Shown: positions 1-12,865, counted from the whole stretch's first letter. The stretch: 63,034 bases of DNA, filler included, from Octopus bimaculoides (GCF_001194135.2; 4 parts of 3 records of this genome joined end to end with filler, not necessarily neighbours in it); one strand, 5' to 3'. Notes: a model not told the origin generated them from the sequence alone. A program made the numbers and translations.

Positions 1-100
1 TGCACATATATCGCGTTGCAGATCACCACCGCTTTATTGTTGTATATTTTTTCTGCTTACACCAATGACGCAGAGTTAGATAATACGCGGGAATGCAACA
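1..100 (+). CDS. Candidate coding exon, open from the window edge (CTYIALQITTALLLYIFSAYTNDAELDNTRECN), ending at a phase-1 donor; product unknown
   Basis: Stop-free frame 1-99 with a hydrophobic stretch then a polar tail; donor ACA|GTAAGC at 101-106; non-repetitive sequence. No homology recognised. Confidence 0.2.
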
Positions 101-218
101 GTAAGCATAATTCCAATCATTGACTGGGGGAACAGGAGACAGCGTTGCACATAGCGCAGATAAAACAAATATTAAAGGATTTGAGTTGAGGTCGGAGCTC
201 ATAGGTAGTACCTAATGT

Positions 219-256
<38 letters not shown>

Positions 257-720
257 CAGAGAGAGAGAGAGGAAGGAAGGATGATAGAGTAGCTGAGTTA
301 CTGATTCGAGCAGTCATTGATTGAGTATTGACCTTATAAGACATCAATAAACATCATGATGTATGGTGGCCATGTTCCGAGAAATATGAATACGTTGTCT
401 TTGACGTGTCTTTTAAAAATTTTCTTTTGCTTGAATAGTTTATATCACTTGCATATTCCATATCATAAATATTTCATTACCTTTCCGGGTCCACGCGCTA
501 TACTAATTCTATATAAGAATATAGATATATAAGAATATGTATGTGTTTGTATGTGTATGTGAGTGCGCGCGAGTGTGTGTGTGTGTGTGTGTGTGTGCGT
601 GTCTAGTTTTGATTTCTAATTATATCTGTTTTATAACCTTGAGTAAATATACCAGTCTGAGAGATAAAACCTCATGATAATCTCTGTAGTCGAGTATCAT
701 TCAATCCCAGAGAAGTTACA

Positions 721-823
721 ACTATAGCAGAAGACACTTGCCCAAGGTGCCACATAGTGGGACTGAACCCAGAACCATGTAGTTGGGAAGCAAGCTTCTT
801 ACCACACTACCACGCCTGCGCCT
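721..823 (-). mobile_element. tRNA-derived SINE family A, head fragment
   Basis: Reverse complement matches the head of the full copy at 55138-55545 (tRNA-like A/B boxes, GGCACCTTGGGCAAGTGTCTT). Confidence 0.8.
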
Positions 824-1350
824 ACATATAAAAATGTATATATACTAGCTACTTGATAACTTCTTATAAAAGAATTTATTCTATTCTTGAATTAATCACA
901 CACACACACACACACNNNNNNNNNNNNNNNNNNNNNNNNNNNNNNNNNNNNNNNNNNNNNNNNNNNNNNNNNNNNNNNNNNNNNNNNNNNNNNNNNNNNN
1001 NNNNNNNNNNNNNNNNNNNNNNNNNNNNNNNNNNNNNNNNNNNNNNNNNNNNNNNNNNNNNNNNNNNNNNNNNNNNNNNNNNNNNNNNNNNNNNNNNNNN
1101 NNNNNNNNNNNNNNNNNNNNNNNNNNNNNNNNNNNNNNNNNNNNNNNNNNNNNNNNNNNNNNNNNNNNNNNNNNNNNNNNNNNNNNNNNNNNNNNNNNNN
1201 NNNNNNNNNNNNNNNNNNNNNNNNNNNNNNNNNNNNNNNNNNNNNNNNNNNNNNNNNNNNNNNNNNNNNNNNNNNNNNNNNNNNNNNNNNNNNNNNNNNN
1301 NNNNNNNNNNNNNNNNNNNNNNNNNNNNNNNNNNNNNNNNNNNNNNNNNG

Positions 1351-2445
1351 CAGGAAATGGGGTTCTTATTTCTAGCGCAAGAGTCTGTGTGGCCACTGAG
1401 TGGAATTTGACGGTATTGTGGGAGATTCATTGGTTGTTTATGGACTGCTATTGTTCTGCGTAAAGGGGCTCGTTTCTCCGATATAATTGTGTTGGCAACT
1501 TGCGCATGTAAAGATGTAAATGAGGTTCTCGGAGGAACAAGAGAAGTTGGTCTTGATTTTAAACTTTGTTCCTTGTTTGAAAGTAAATTCCGAGCCTTCA
1601 TGTAGGTTAGGGCAGGTGCCACAGTTAGGGCGTGCACATTTTTTAACTGATGGGGGTGGATGTGTGTAGTTTGGCATTTGTTAAGATATTTTCAATGATT
1701 TGTGTTGCCTTTTGCATTTAAGGATTTTATGTGTATTGATAATATTATTCATTTTCGGGTCCGTGGTCAGTAAGGGGAGGTTTTGTATGATTCGATGTTT
1801 TTGGGGTTGTGGGTGGAAATGTATGGAAATATTTTGAGGTTGGGTGTGTTACTGTGTTGGCTGGTTTTCAGTGTGTTATTGTCGAGTTCCTTGGCACGTT
1901 TTATTCCATAGTCTACGAGTGTGGAGGGATATTGGTGTTGTAATAGTGTTTTTTTTTTGAGGTCTTGTAGGCGTATTCCTCGAGTGGTTGGGTCAGAGAC
2001 AATGGTGCAAATCCTTTTAGCTAAGTTGAAGGGGATATTTATCTTGGTGTGTTTTAGGTGGCATGAGCTGAAGAGGAGGCATTGTTGTGAGTCTGTAGGT
2101 TTGTGGTAGATGTCGGTTGCGATTTGGTTGTTAGATGTTTTTATAATTAGGAGATCAAGAAAAGGGAGATGATGTTTGCTGAATTCCATAGTGAATTGAA
2201 TGTTGGGATGTATGTTGTTAAGTGTGGTTTTGAATTCCAGAAGTTTTTCATAAGATTCTTTCCATATGATGAAACAATCATCTAGGTATCTTTTCCAGTT
2301 TTCCATTAAGTAGGTGTGGAAAAGGTGTCCAAATTTCTGGTGTGATATCTCATAAAGTAATAGTTCGAAGCAACAAATACTAAGCAACAGCAACAAATAC
2401 CAAAGTATTAATGAAAACATATAGTAGTTCGGTGCGGGGAACAAA
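1351..2445 (-). mobile_element. Penelope-like retroelement remnant: RT C-terminus, Cys-rich linker and GIY-YIG endonuclease, frameshifted
   Basis: ORF 1767-2444 has WKRYLDDCFIIW...LPFLD...TDIYHKPTD (PLE RT); ORF 1438-1677 has CARPNCGTC...NLIYIFTCASCQHNYIGET (GIY-YIG); the next frame continues LRRTIAVHKQ...PLSGH. Confidence 0.9.
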
Positions 2446-2469
2446 GATTGAATAACTGAAGAACATTAT

Positions 2470-3450
2470 ATCAGGCTAAAAAAGATACGACATTCAAAGC
2501 TTTTCTCATACAACCAGACAATATTCCATAATACATTTATAAAACCATTGCAAATACCAGCATTTGAAATACTTGGTCGATCTATAGCGGAATCTCCATG
2601 ACATTAAAATCTCCAACGCATCCTGTGGGAGGAAATGCCGTCGGTAATATGAAATGAAAGACATTACTCATGTATCACTCTCAAAATCCAAGAGCTTTTA
2701 AGGGCTACACTAAATTTAATCTTCCTGTGAATTTACGTTCAAATAAGAAAGCTTGGATGGCTAGGTTTTTCCCAACACTGGCTACAAACATTTTTTTTAT
2801 TATCCTAAAAAAGCATTGTCACTTTTAGACAATGTACCAAGTCACCTATGGTTTTAAGTGATCTTTCTGATTGTGAGAGTAAAATATATACTCAAGAGCA
2901 TAATATCTTTGCTCCTACCGATAAATCAATATTTCATAGATAACTTCAAGGCATATTATTTAAAATGAACTTTGGAAGAACCTATAAAAGCAATTGATAG
3001 GGAAGTTAAACCTACAGATAGAGACTATTGGAAAACGTTTAGCGTTTTGAATGTAATGATAACACAGTCAGAACATGAGATGAAGTAATATACCCTCAGT
3101 TGTAAATGGGATTTTGCAAAACACAGCCATATTGTATCTAAGATTTTACAGGTTTCATATCAGCAGAAAAGCTAGATCAAGTTTAGTATTGTGACTGCTA
3201 AATGTAGGATCTGAAGAAATCAAAGAAGTTGATATAGTTGAGTTGCTAGTAACTTATAGAAAAAGTTTGTTTAATGTGTTGATGATATTTGGATGAGAAT
3301 AAACTTCAGGATAAGAAGAGGATGCAGAAGATCCATTCACTCAGCTTCAATTGATTGCAAAGAATATGGCTAAATATTTGGTACAAACAGTAGAAAGTCT
3401 GCAAATGTAGTCTGATAAAAAAATCTAATCTTAGAAGAGGAGTTCATAGT
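2470..3450 (+). mobile_element. Tigger/pogo-like (DDE_1) transposase pseudogene
   Basis: Hand translation gives LLMYHSQNPRAFKGYTKFNLPVNLRSNKKAWM, KALSLLDNVPSH and FKAYYLK, the TIGD1/Tigger motifs, with many stops and frameshifts. Confidence 0.75.
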
Positions 3451-3517
3451 CTACTCAGTCTCTTCACTGGGCTATATAAAAATACGGTGCGCCGTACAGC
3501 CTTGACTCTCTCCCATT

Positions 3518-3718
3518 TACTCTTTTACTTGTTTCAGTCATTTGACTGCGGCCATGCTGGAACACCACCGTTAGTTGAGCCAATCGACCCCAGGACTTAT
3601 TCTTTGTAAGCCTAGTACTTATTCTTTCGTTCACTTTTGCCGAAGCGCTAAGTGACGGGGACGTAAACACACCAGCATCGGTTGTCAAGCGATGCTGGGG
3701 GGACAAACACAAACACAT

Positions 3719-3749
<31 letters not shown>
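3518..3749 (-). mobile_element. SINE family A, 3' half, running into (CA)n and a gap
   Basis: Matches the reverse complement of 55340-55545; tail TACTCTTTTACTTGTTTCAGTCATTTGAC. Confidence 0.85.
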
Positions 3750-4359
3750 NNNNNNNNNNNNNNNNNNNNNNNNNNNNNNNNNNNNNNNNNNNNNNNNNNN
3801 NNNNNNNNNNNNNNNNNNNNNNNNNNNNNNNNNNNNNNNNNNNNNNNNNNNNNNNNNNNNNNNNNNNNNNNNNNNNNNNNNNNNNNNNNNNNNNNNNNNN
3901 NNNNNNNNNNNNNNNNNNNNNNNNNNNNNNNNNNNNNNNNNNNNNNNNNNNNNNNNNNNNNNNNNNNNNNNNNNNNNNNNNNNNNNNNNNNNNNNNNNNN
4001 NNNNNNNNNNNNNNNNNNNNNNNNNNNNNNNNNNNNNNNNNNNNNNNNNNNNNNNNNNNNNNNNNNNNNNNNNNNNNNNNNNNNNNNNNNNNNNNNNNNN
4101 NNNNNNNNNNNNNNNNNNNNNNNNNNNNNNNNNNNNNNNNNNNNNNNNNNNNNNNNNNNNNNNNNNNNNNNNNNNNNNNNNNNNNNNNNNNNNNNNNNNN
4201 NNNNNNNNNNNNNNNNNNNNNNNNNNNNNNNNNNNNNNNNNNNNNNNNNNNNNNNNNNNNNNNNNNNNNNNNNNNNNNNNNNNNNNNNNNNNNNNNNNNN
4301 NNNNNNNNNNNATATATATATATAAGAGACATAATGTACGTACGCCGCTATATACATAT

Positions 4360-4980
4360 ATAATACAAATTGGGACAAGAACGCAAAACATCCAGACAGT
4401 TAGGTGATACAAGAAAGGGACAACAAAACATCCAGATAGACGATACAAAGAAAACAAGGACGGGTCATTCGGAGTTTTTCTTTCATCAGTCGAGATCCAG
4501 ATTATCTTTGCAATTTCGGCTGGTTATACTCGAGAGAAAGAGAGGGAGGGAGAGTGATGTGAGATAACGTCTCTTTTACTTTTGCTTCTTGTCCATTTCT
4601 CTCTGTTTGTTCTATTTATCTGTCTGTCTCTCTCTTTCCCCCCTCTATCTCTCAGCATAAATGTCATTCATTCTCCTTTTCGTAAGCAGAATTCCTCATC
4701 CTATTATGTTCAGGCCCCAATACTCTCAATTCTAATTGTTTCTCCTTCACATCTTTCTATCTCTCTCTCTCTCTTCTACTATTACTTTCACATACACCGC
4801 TTCCTTCCATTTACCGATACCGATACATACACACAATCAAACACACCCACGTCACGTGCATAGAGACACGCCTACCGACTTCACACTGCGCGTACACTAT
4901 AGTCATCAAGCTTTCTCGATACATTGTAGGCCAATCACCATCGCCACGTCTCTCCTCTTACTCTTTCTTCTTCTCCTTCT
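4360..4980 (-). mobile_element. Non-coding interspersed repeat, probably derived from a Penelope-like element, with a hammerhead-like motif
   Basis: Short direct repeats (CAAAACATCCAGA x2), CTGATGA and CGAAA blocks on the minus strand, long pyrimidine/purine-skewed tract, flanked by (AT)n. The PLE assignment is inferred from architecture only. Confidence 0.4.
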
Positions 4981-5049
4981 CCTTCTATCTTTCTATACAT
5001 ATATATATGTATGTGTGTGTGTATATACACACATATGTATATATATATA

Positions 5050-5099
<50 letters not shown>

Positions 5100-5938
5100 N
5101 NNNNNNNNNNNNNNNNNNNNNNNNNNNNNNNNNNNNNNNNNNNNNNNNNNNNNNNNNNNNNNNNNNNNNNNNNNNNNNNNNNNNNNNNNNNNNNNNNNNN
5201 NNNNNNNNNNNNNNNNNNNNNNNNNNNNNNNNNNNNNNNNNNNNNNNNNNNNNNNNNNNNNNNNNNNNNNNNNNNNNNNNNNNNNNNNNNNNNNNNNNNN
5301 NNNNNNNNNNNNNNNNNNNNNNNNNNNNNNNNNNNNNNNNNNNNNNNNNNNNNNNNNNNNNNNNNNNNNNNNNNNNNNNNNNNNNNNNNNNNNNNNNNNN
5401 NNNNNNNNNNNNNNNNNNNNNNNNNNNNNNNNNNNNNNNNNNNNNNNNNNNNNNNNNNNNNNNNNNNNNNNNNNNNNNNNNNNNNNNNNNNNNNNNNNNN
5501 NNNNNNNNNNNNNNNNNNNNNNNNNNNNNNNNNNNNNNNNNNNNNNNNNNNNNNNNNNNNNNNNNNNNNNNNNNNNNNNNNNNNNNNNNNNNNNNNNNNN
5601 NNNNNNNNNNNNNNNNNNNNNNNNNNNNNNNNNNNNNNNNNNNNNNNNNNNNNNNNNNNNNNNNNNNNNNNNNNNNNNNNNNNNNNNNNNNNNNNNNNNN
5701 NNNNNNNNNNNNNNNNNNNNNAATTAAGGTACTCAGAAACCTGGATGTTTGTACATTTACAGATTTTTATTAATGTCACATATTAAATGAAACGCTTTTC
5801 ACCTAGTCGTGTAGGTTTTTCAAATTGTTATATATATATATATATTTGCATATATGTGTGTATTAATAGCTATGTATGTATGTATGTATGTATGTATGTA
5901 TGTATGTATGTATGTATGCAGGCATGCATGCATGCATG

Positions 5939-5984
<46 letters not shown>

Positions 5985-6559
5985 CCTATCTATCTATCTA
6001 TCTATCTATCTATTTATCAAATCTATCTATGGGTGTGTATCTCGTTTTCTCGCTTTTCCTCCCACTCTTTTGCGTTTTCTTTTCTCCCCTTTCTCTCTCT
6101 CCCACAGTCTCCCTTTCCACTCTTTCTCTCTCTCTCTCTTACACCATTTCATTTATTTCTTTCTCTCACTCTCTCCTTCTAATCATCTCCACTCATCCTA
6201 TCCCCCACCCCTCTCTCTTCTTATGACCAGAAGCTCCATTATACGATATTGTTATTGTTGTATTTTATTCTTACCTTTTCAAATTTCCCATGTGTCCCTA
6301 GACTAACCAAAAATCAAATGTTATATTTACTGATGGACTGTTCACTCACGTGCCCAAGTCTCTCTCTCTCTCTCTCTCTATCTTAGACATTCATTTCCTC
6401 TTATTTTTTCCCCTCCCATTATTTTTCTTTCTCTGACTACCTTTCTTCTCTTAATATTCGTCTTAGTTCTTTGTTTCTTTCGTTACTTCTTTCCTTCTCC
6501 TTGTCCTCTTCCTCGTCCTCGTCTTCGTCTTCCTCGTCCTCGTCTTCGTCTTCCTTCTC

Positions 6560-6683
6560 CTCCTCCCCTCCTTCCCCTCTTCATCCCTTCCCCTTCATCC
6601 CTTCCCCTCTTCATCCCCTTCCCCTCTTCATCCCCTTCCCCTCTTCATCCCCTACCCCTCTTCCTCCCTGCCTCCCCCTCTTC
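6560..6683 (+). repeat. Pyrimidine-rich minisatellite, unit about CTTCCCCTCTTCATCCC, running into a gap
   Basis: About 5 imperfect 17-18 bp units read directly. Confidence 0.75.
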
Positions 6684-7403
6684 NNNNNNNNNNNNNNNNN
6701 NNNNNNNNNNNNNNNNNNNNNNNNNNNNNNNNNNNNNNNNNNNNNNNNNNNNNNNNNNNNNNNNNNNNNNNNNNNNNNNNNNNNNNNNNNNNNNNNNNNN
6801 NNNNNNNNNNNNNNNNNNNNNNNNNNNNNNNNNNNNNNNNNNNNNNNNNNNNNNNNNNNNNNNNNNNNNNNNNNNNNNNNNNNNNNNNNNNNNNNNNNNN
6901 NNNNNNNNNNNNNNNNNNNNNNNNNNNNNNNNNNNNNNNNNNNNNNNNNNNNNNNNNNNNNNNNNNNNNNNNNNNNNNNNNNNNNNNNNNNNNNNNNNNN
7001 NNNNNNNNNNNNNNNNNNNNNNNNNNNNNNNNNNNNNNNNNNNNNNNNNNNNNNNNNNNNNNNNNNNNNNNNNNNNNNNNNNNNNNNNNNNNNNNNNNNN
7101 NNNNNNNNNNNNNNNNNNNNNNNNNNNNNNNNNNNNNNNNNNNNNNNNNNNNNNNNNNNNNNNNNNNNNNNNNNNNNNNNNNNNNNNNNNNNNNNNNNNN
7201 NNNNNNNNNNNNNNNNNNNNNNNNNNNNNNNAATCTACTCTTCTCCTTCTCCCTCTCCTTTCCCCCCTTCTTCCCCTTCTTTTCCTCCTTCTCTCCTCGT
7301 TCTCCTCTTTGCCTCATCTTCTCTTCCTTCTCCCCTTCTTATTCTCTGTCTCCCCCTCCTCCTCCTCCTCCTCCTCCTTTCCATCATTCTCTGTATCCCT
7401 CTC

Positions 7404-7440
<37 letters not shown>

Positions 7441-7779
7441 CTCTCTCGCTCTCTCTCTCTCTCTCCTCTTAGTTCGCCTTCCATCATTCACAATGTGCAT
7501 TATCTATTATTGTTACCGGAAACGTTTCTATTTTGGAAGGATAGATCGAAAGTGCAGAAGAACGAGAAGAAATAAAGAAAATAAAAACTGCATATGTGAT
7601 CTGATTTCCGATATCTTTGAGTCTGTCTTTACCTGTTAACATTCAAGGGTCATTCAGAGATGTAAGTTCTTGTCAAGTCCTCACCTTGCTCTTAATAATG
7701 TATCCCAGAATTGGCAAGTAGAAAAACCAGATATTTGGGCATACTGGTAAATGGTGGGGCATTTTAGATGCCCTTAAAT

Positions 7780-8027
7780 CAGTGGTTCTCAACCAGTTTT
7801 CCTATGGACCCCTTTGAATTCTATTCAGATGGGTCCTCATACCCATTCGATGTTTAAGAAGTGTATTATATTTTTATAAATGAATATTATTAGGAATTGT
7901 ATTAAAAAAATTGTTTGAACTATTATATGTATCGTAGAAATATAACCAAATTATTGCATATAAATTTCAACAACAAAATCTTATATGAATCCCCAAAGGT
8001 TCTACGGACCCCGGTTGAAAACCATTG
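7780..8027. mobile_element. hAT-type (Charlie/Buster-like) MITE
   Basis: TIRs CAGTGGTTCTCAACC and GGTTGAAAACCATTG; decayed 8-bp TSD CCTTAAAT/CCCTAAGT (6 of 8 match, central TA). Confidence 0.85.
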
Positions 8028-9462
8028 CCCTAAGTCAATGACTGGAAGAGGTTCTGTTCGACCCGTGAATAGAAAAACACTTTCCAAGGTTAAAGCCTAC
8101 ACAAATCTAGGATATGAGACATTTGACCGCTTATTTGGAATCGCTAATTCGACGCTGACTTCTTTGACATCAGATGTTTTAATGTTTCTTTCGTTCACTC
8201 CACTCACCTGTCTGTCTACCTGTCTGTGTTTATCTGTGTGAGCATCTAGTTTGTATGCATGAGTAATGTCTCTCTCTCACACTCACTTTTTCTGTGTGTG
8301 TATATATCTGCGAGCAAGTGTGCTTCTCTCCAGTGCCAAAAAGTGCTGTTGCCTAAACATGTTGAATGTAAAGTCAAGCCAACCTGATATTTACAAGAGA
8401 GAACACGGCGAAGAAACAAGCCGAAATTGTGAGGTGTAACACGTCCTTATATTTGGGTCCCGATTATTAAGTTAAAGAAATATAGTCAGGTGTCCCAGTC
8501 TCTACTTGTTGTCACCTGACCCGTTGTCACTTTAGTATCGCAATATGGTAGGGTAAGTAGTGCAGAGATAACAAAAGAAGATATGTAATTTGGAGATGAT
8601 GAGGAACTTACGAGTGCTAATGATCCCCTAAAGGCGAAGTATCCATAATGGAGCTGTGCCCTATTGAGGGTGCAGAAGTGACGCACATGAGACCGGTGTA
8701 TGATTAAACGGCCAGGGGCTAAAGTTATGTTAACCAGAGACATCTGCGATTCTTTGGTTTTAGAGAATGGGAGAAGCGAAAGAGAGAAGGCAAGGTACGG
8801 AGAACAGGCCACAGTCTCCAGAGTGCTATAGATCTGCAGATAGCAAAGGTCATATCGTGCCCAACCGTCAAAGCTATCAAAAAGACACCATTGCAACCCT
8901 TATCTTAGCAGTTTCAGAACCCCACCACCACCACCATTTGCACAGGAGATGGAAGAGAGGGGAAAAAACTGCCGGTAACAAAGAGAAAAGGACTCCGAAG
9001 AAGAGGAGCAAATATCAAGAATGTGACCAAAACGAGTGAGAAAGCACTCTTCCTCCAAACAGCATCATGTGGCTCAGAATCGTGAGGCTGAGCAGAGAAG
9101 GGACAATAGAATTACCTGTTTCAATGAACGATATACTTTCGACGGTTTAGATGTTCTCGTGTAAATCGGTACTTCAACTCAGCAGACTTTTCGATCAAAA
9201 GGCAAAACGTATCCTATTTCATAAATAGTGATAGATAAATTAAGTACCCAACTGAAAAATGCTCGTGGGTTGGTATAATCAGCTATAACTCAAAATAGTG
9301 GTGCCCTAGCATGGTTACAGCTCAGTCACTAAAGCTAGTAAAAGAATGGTTGCAAACACAAATTATAAATCATCAAGGCCGTAACTGAATTCTGTAGTCG
9401 AAGGAGAAGAATTTGGATAAGGCATAGGTTGATTCCTAGAATATTTTGGCAATGATACCCAC

Positions 9463-9670
9463 TACTCTTTTACTTGTTTCAGTCATTTGACAGTGGCCAT
9501 GCTAAAGCATCACCTTTGGTCGAGCAAAGCGACCCCAGGACTTATTCTTTGTAAGCCTAGTACTTACTCTATCAGTTTCTTTTGCCGAACCGCTAAGTTA
9601 CGGGGGACATAAACACACTAGCATCGATTGTCAAGCGATGTTGGGGGGACAAACACAGACACACAAACAT

Positions 9671-9722
<52 letters not shown>

Positions 9723-9885
9723 GACGGGCTTCCTTCAGTTTCCGTCTACCAAATTCACTCACAAAGTTTTGGTCGGCCCGAAGCTATAGTAGAAGACACT
9801 TACCCAAGATGTCACGCAGTGGGACTGAACCCGGAACCATGTGGCTGGTATGCAAACTACTTACCGCGCAGCCACTCCTACGCCT
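9463..9885 (-). mobile_element. SINE family A, full length, with internal (TA)n(TG)n microsatellite
   Basis: Colinear reverse complement of 55138-55545. Confidence 0.9.
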
Positions 9886-9974
9886 AGAAAATTTTAGAAA
9901 CATTTCCATAAATAGGTTATCATTAATAATTCATTCTAATCATGGCACAAGGCCAACAATTTTGAGGGATACAG

Positions 9975-10160
9975 TCAAATCGATTACACCGACATCTACC
10001 ATTTGAATGGTATATTAATTTATTGACAACTGGACCCCTGAAAGGATAAAAGGCAAAGCTAACATGGATAGGATTTGAACTCAGAACATAAGGTAGAAGA
10101 AATGCCACTAAGTAATTTGTCAAGTGTGCTAACGCTTCTGCCAGCGGGTTGCCCTTCAGG
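9975..10160 (-). mobile_element. tRNA-derived SINE family B (Meta-domain-like core), decayed
   Basis: Similar to 62675-62900: ...CCCCTGAAAGGATAAAAGGCAAAG...GATTTGAACTCAGAAC...GCTAACGCTTCTGCCAGC. Confidence 0.7.
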
Positions 10161-10389
10161 ATATCACTAATAGCAATAAGCATGTACATCAAACATGTTA
10201 CGAATAAACAGGAAATAATTCTGCAGGCATACAAGAGAGAATTACAATAATCAATCTTAACTATATTAGAAGAGAAATATCTCAAAGGAGCTTACTCCGC
10301 TCCTATTCTGTCAGACGTTCGTTACAATCATGCGAAATCAGCTTGGACTCGTATTTACAGGCTACAGAAGAGCAATCTTTTATATATAT

Positions 10390-10438
<49 letters not shown>

Positions 10439-10482
10439 NNNNNNNNNNNNNNNNNNNNNNNNNNNNNNNNNNNNNNNNNNNN

Positions 10483-10494
10483 TTAATTAATTAA
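10483..10494. other. Artificial scaffolding spacer TTAATTAATTAA inside a 100-bp gap (also 42451-42462 and 58682-58693)
   Basis: Identical palindromic 12-mer centred between 44-N runs at three places. Confidence 0.9.
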
Positions 10495-10550
10495 NNNNNN
10501 NNNNNNNNNNNNNNNNNNNNNNNNNNNNNNNNNNNNNNATATATATATTC

Positions 10551-11110
10551 TAGGGCTGATCAACAAGTATCTGGATTATTGCCATAATAACAACTCTAAG
10601 GCATGCAGAGTAAAGGGGCTTGGCAAAGAATGACCTTGAACTCTGCTGTGCATGTGCACTAACATTAAATGGTGTAGCTCCCTTCTGCTGTAGCATGGGA
10701 TTGTCGCATTGACCATGACAGAGAAGATTGTGATGGCGATACCTGCTCAGAGGCTGACAGAAAGTTGCAGAAAGTGTATCGAGAGAAGTGTATCAGCTGC
10801 ACATAAGAGTATGAGTTGTTCAAACGTTTTCAACATGGCAGAATAAATGTCGATATTGATGAACGCTTTGAGAGACCCGCAACCAGCAGAAATGAGAAAA
10901 TAAACATCGAATGTTTGCGTGCAACAGTCAAGGGAAATCACCATCCCTGAGATATCAGAGGATTAATAACTGTTCAGACTATTATCACAGAAGATTTGGG
11001 TATGAGACGTGTGTCTGTCAAGTTTATACCAAAATTGCTTTCAGCTGACCAAAATGATACTCGGGTTTCAGTTAAACAAGATCTTGCTTGTGTCGAGAAG
11101 GTTGGAATTT
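10551..11110 (+). mobile_element. mariner-like transposase remnant, 5' end and HTH region
   Basis: YELFKRFQHGRINVDIDERFERPATSRN...TVQTIITEDLGMRRVSVKFIPKLLSADQ; TIR-like start TAGGGCTGATCAACAAGTATCTGGA. Confidence 0.8.
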
Positions 11111-12099
11111 TGTTCTCTGCTCAACGTCCTCTGTCATGGTCAATGAGACGACCACACGTTACACACCTTCTTTCCAAGCCTTAATGTAAACAGCGAAGGT
11201 GAGGCAGAAAGTAAAGACTTACTGCAAATACACAGCCAAGTTCAATGTTAGTCTGTGGTAAAGGGGTTTACTCTACGTGCTTATTGATCATACCATGTAT
11301 ACGCACACACACACACGCACATACATACATATATATATATATATATATGTATTGAAGATAAACAAAAATGAAAATGCCACTTTTAAAAAATTGGGTCTTT
11401 AATTAATTAACATTACATGTTTCGGATTTTTTGAAAAACCTTATCAAAAATGCGTATAAAATATGTGAGAAAAGAAGAGGGATATTAATAAAATAAAATT
11501 GAAATTAAAATTAAGAATGACATTCATAGTTTACTGTTATTTCTTGCATGCGCACGTGGTCCTTTTGTTTTGTTCTGAAGGCATGGTAATTTCAACTCGC
11601 CATGATAGTAGATTGCTTCTATATGCTTTTGTAAATTGAATAGAAAATACCGACCAAGTCTAAATTCTCTAAACTAGCAACACTGAGACATTCATATATA
11701 TTTTTATATATTTATATGTGGATTTGCAAGTTATTCAAAAGAAATAAACAAAGGGGATCGAAGAACCCGGTTTCTATTAAAGCCACAGCGGAACAGCTTC
11801 ACCACGACTGGTACTACCACTACTACTACTATTGTTATTATTACTGCTGCTGGTTATTCGACGGCTACAACCACTCCTAGAAAACAAGTCTTGACCATTA
11901 AGTCCAAGGCCGCACACAACATGGTTTAAAAAATTTGCGTTGTTTTAAGTTCCAATTGCACTGGTGAAGTGCGTGTGTTTTAGATATTAAATGAAGTGAA
12001 TAAGTATTCTCAATGCAACAGCTTTCAAATTTCTACGTTCAATTCTGCAAGACTCATTATTCCTTGGACTGTCGCTTTTCTGCATGCAGCCTTTGAATA

Positions 12100-12865
12100 T
12101 AATCTGTTTGATAGACATTAGCATGCATTAGCCGTCAAGGTCTCGTTAGCTCTAGATTCATCAGTTCACTGAGATATGGTGTTACAAGGAGTTTATTTGG
12201 TCTCTCACTCAACTGCGCTCAGCACATAATAATCGAATGGTTGCAGACTGGGGAGTTAGATGGCCAAATGTTAGGGGTGATGTGGTCGTAGAAATTGTCT
12301 GACAGCCATGACTGCCTTCTTCTGCTTCTGTGGCATCTTGCAGAATCCTCTTGCCAGACACATGGTCTTCCAGTGTTTACCCTCTTGAACCAGGGTAGCA
12401 CTACTTCTTCCAAGCATTATATGTTGGCCCACCTGTTGAGTCTAATGCCGTGTGGGAATATGAATACAGGCATAACATCACCATCACTAGTGATCACGCC
12501 AAACACCATGAAGTTGACAGAGGCACAACCTCGCCATCACTAGTCATCATGTTAAGGATCGTGACATTGACTGAATGTTTGAATTTTATCACTCACGGTA
12601 CATGTCCTCAGAGTTTAAATCCTCCGATTGACACCCAAACATTCTGATATGTTCGTATTGGATCTTCCGGCGTCAATGTTAAGCAGTACAACAGTTCGTT
12701 TCTAAGTTTCTGCCACAGTGGATTGCGTCATGGTGCTGTTTTTTCTCAGACGGTGCCCAAATGTCTCTACTATACTGTGTAGTCAACAAAATCAAAAGCA
12801 AATCATGGGCTTGCTCAAAATTTCAAAATTATACAATGACGATAATTTACCCATCGCTCCCTGTG
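12100..12865 (-). mobile_element. maT/DD37D-type Tc1/mariner transposase remnant
   Basis: EEVVLPWFKRVNTGRPCVWQEDSARCHRSRRRQSWLSDNFYDHITPNIWPSNSP and NFMVFGVITSDGDVM, with a small internal duplication. Confidence 0.8.

Noticed and set aside
61-123. Minus-strand 63-nt segment between a good acceptor (CTCCTGTTCCCCCAG) and GTAAGC, open as NDWNYAYCCIPAYYLTLRHW
   Set aside because: The donor has a weak -1 base, the peptide is unrecognised, and it overlaps the plus-strand candidate. I cannot choose between them without RNA data.
8480-9120. GC-richer stretch with short ORFs on both strands and an AGG|GTAAGT at about 8552
   Set aside because: Looks like an old retroelement remnant, but I could not recover any diagnostic motif, so no call is made.
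10483-10494. Recurrent palindrome TTAATTAATTAA
   Set aside because: It is always centred in 100-bp N gaps, so it is an assembly spacer rather than biology.
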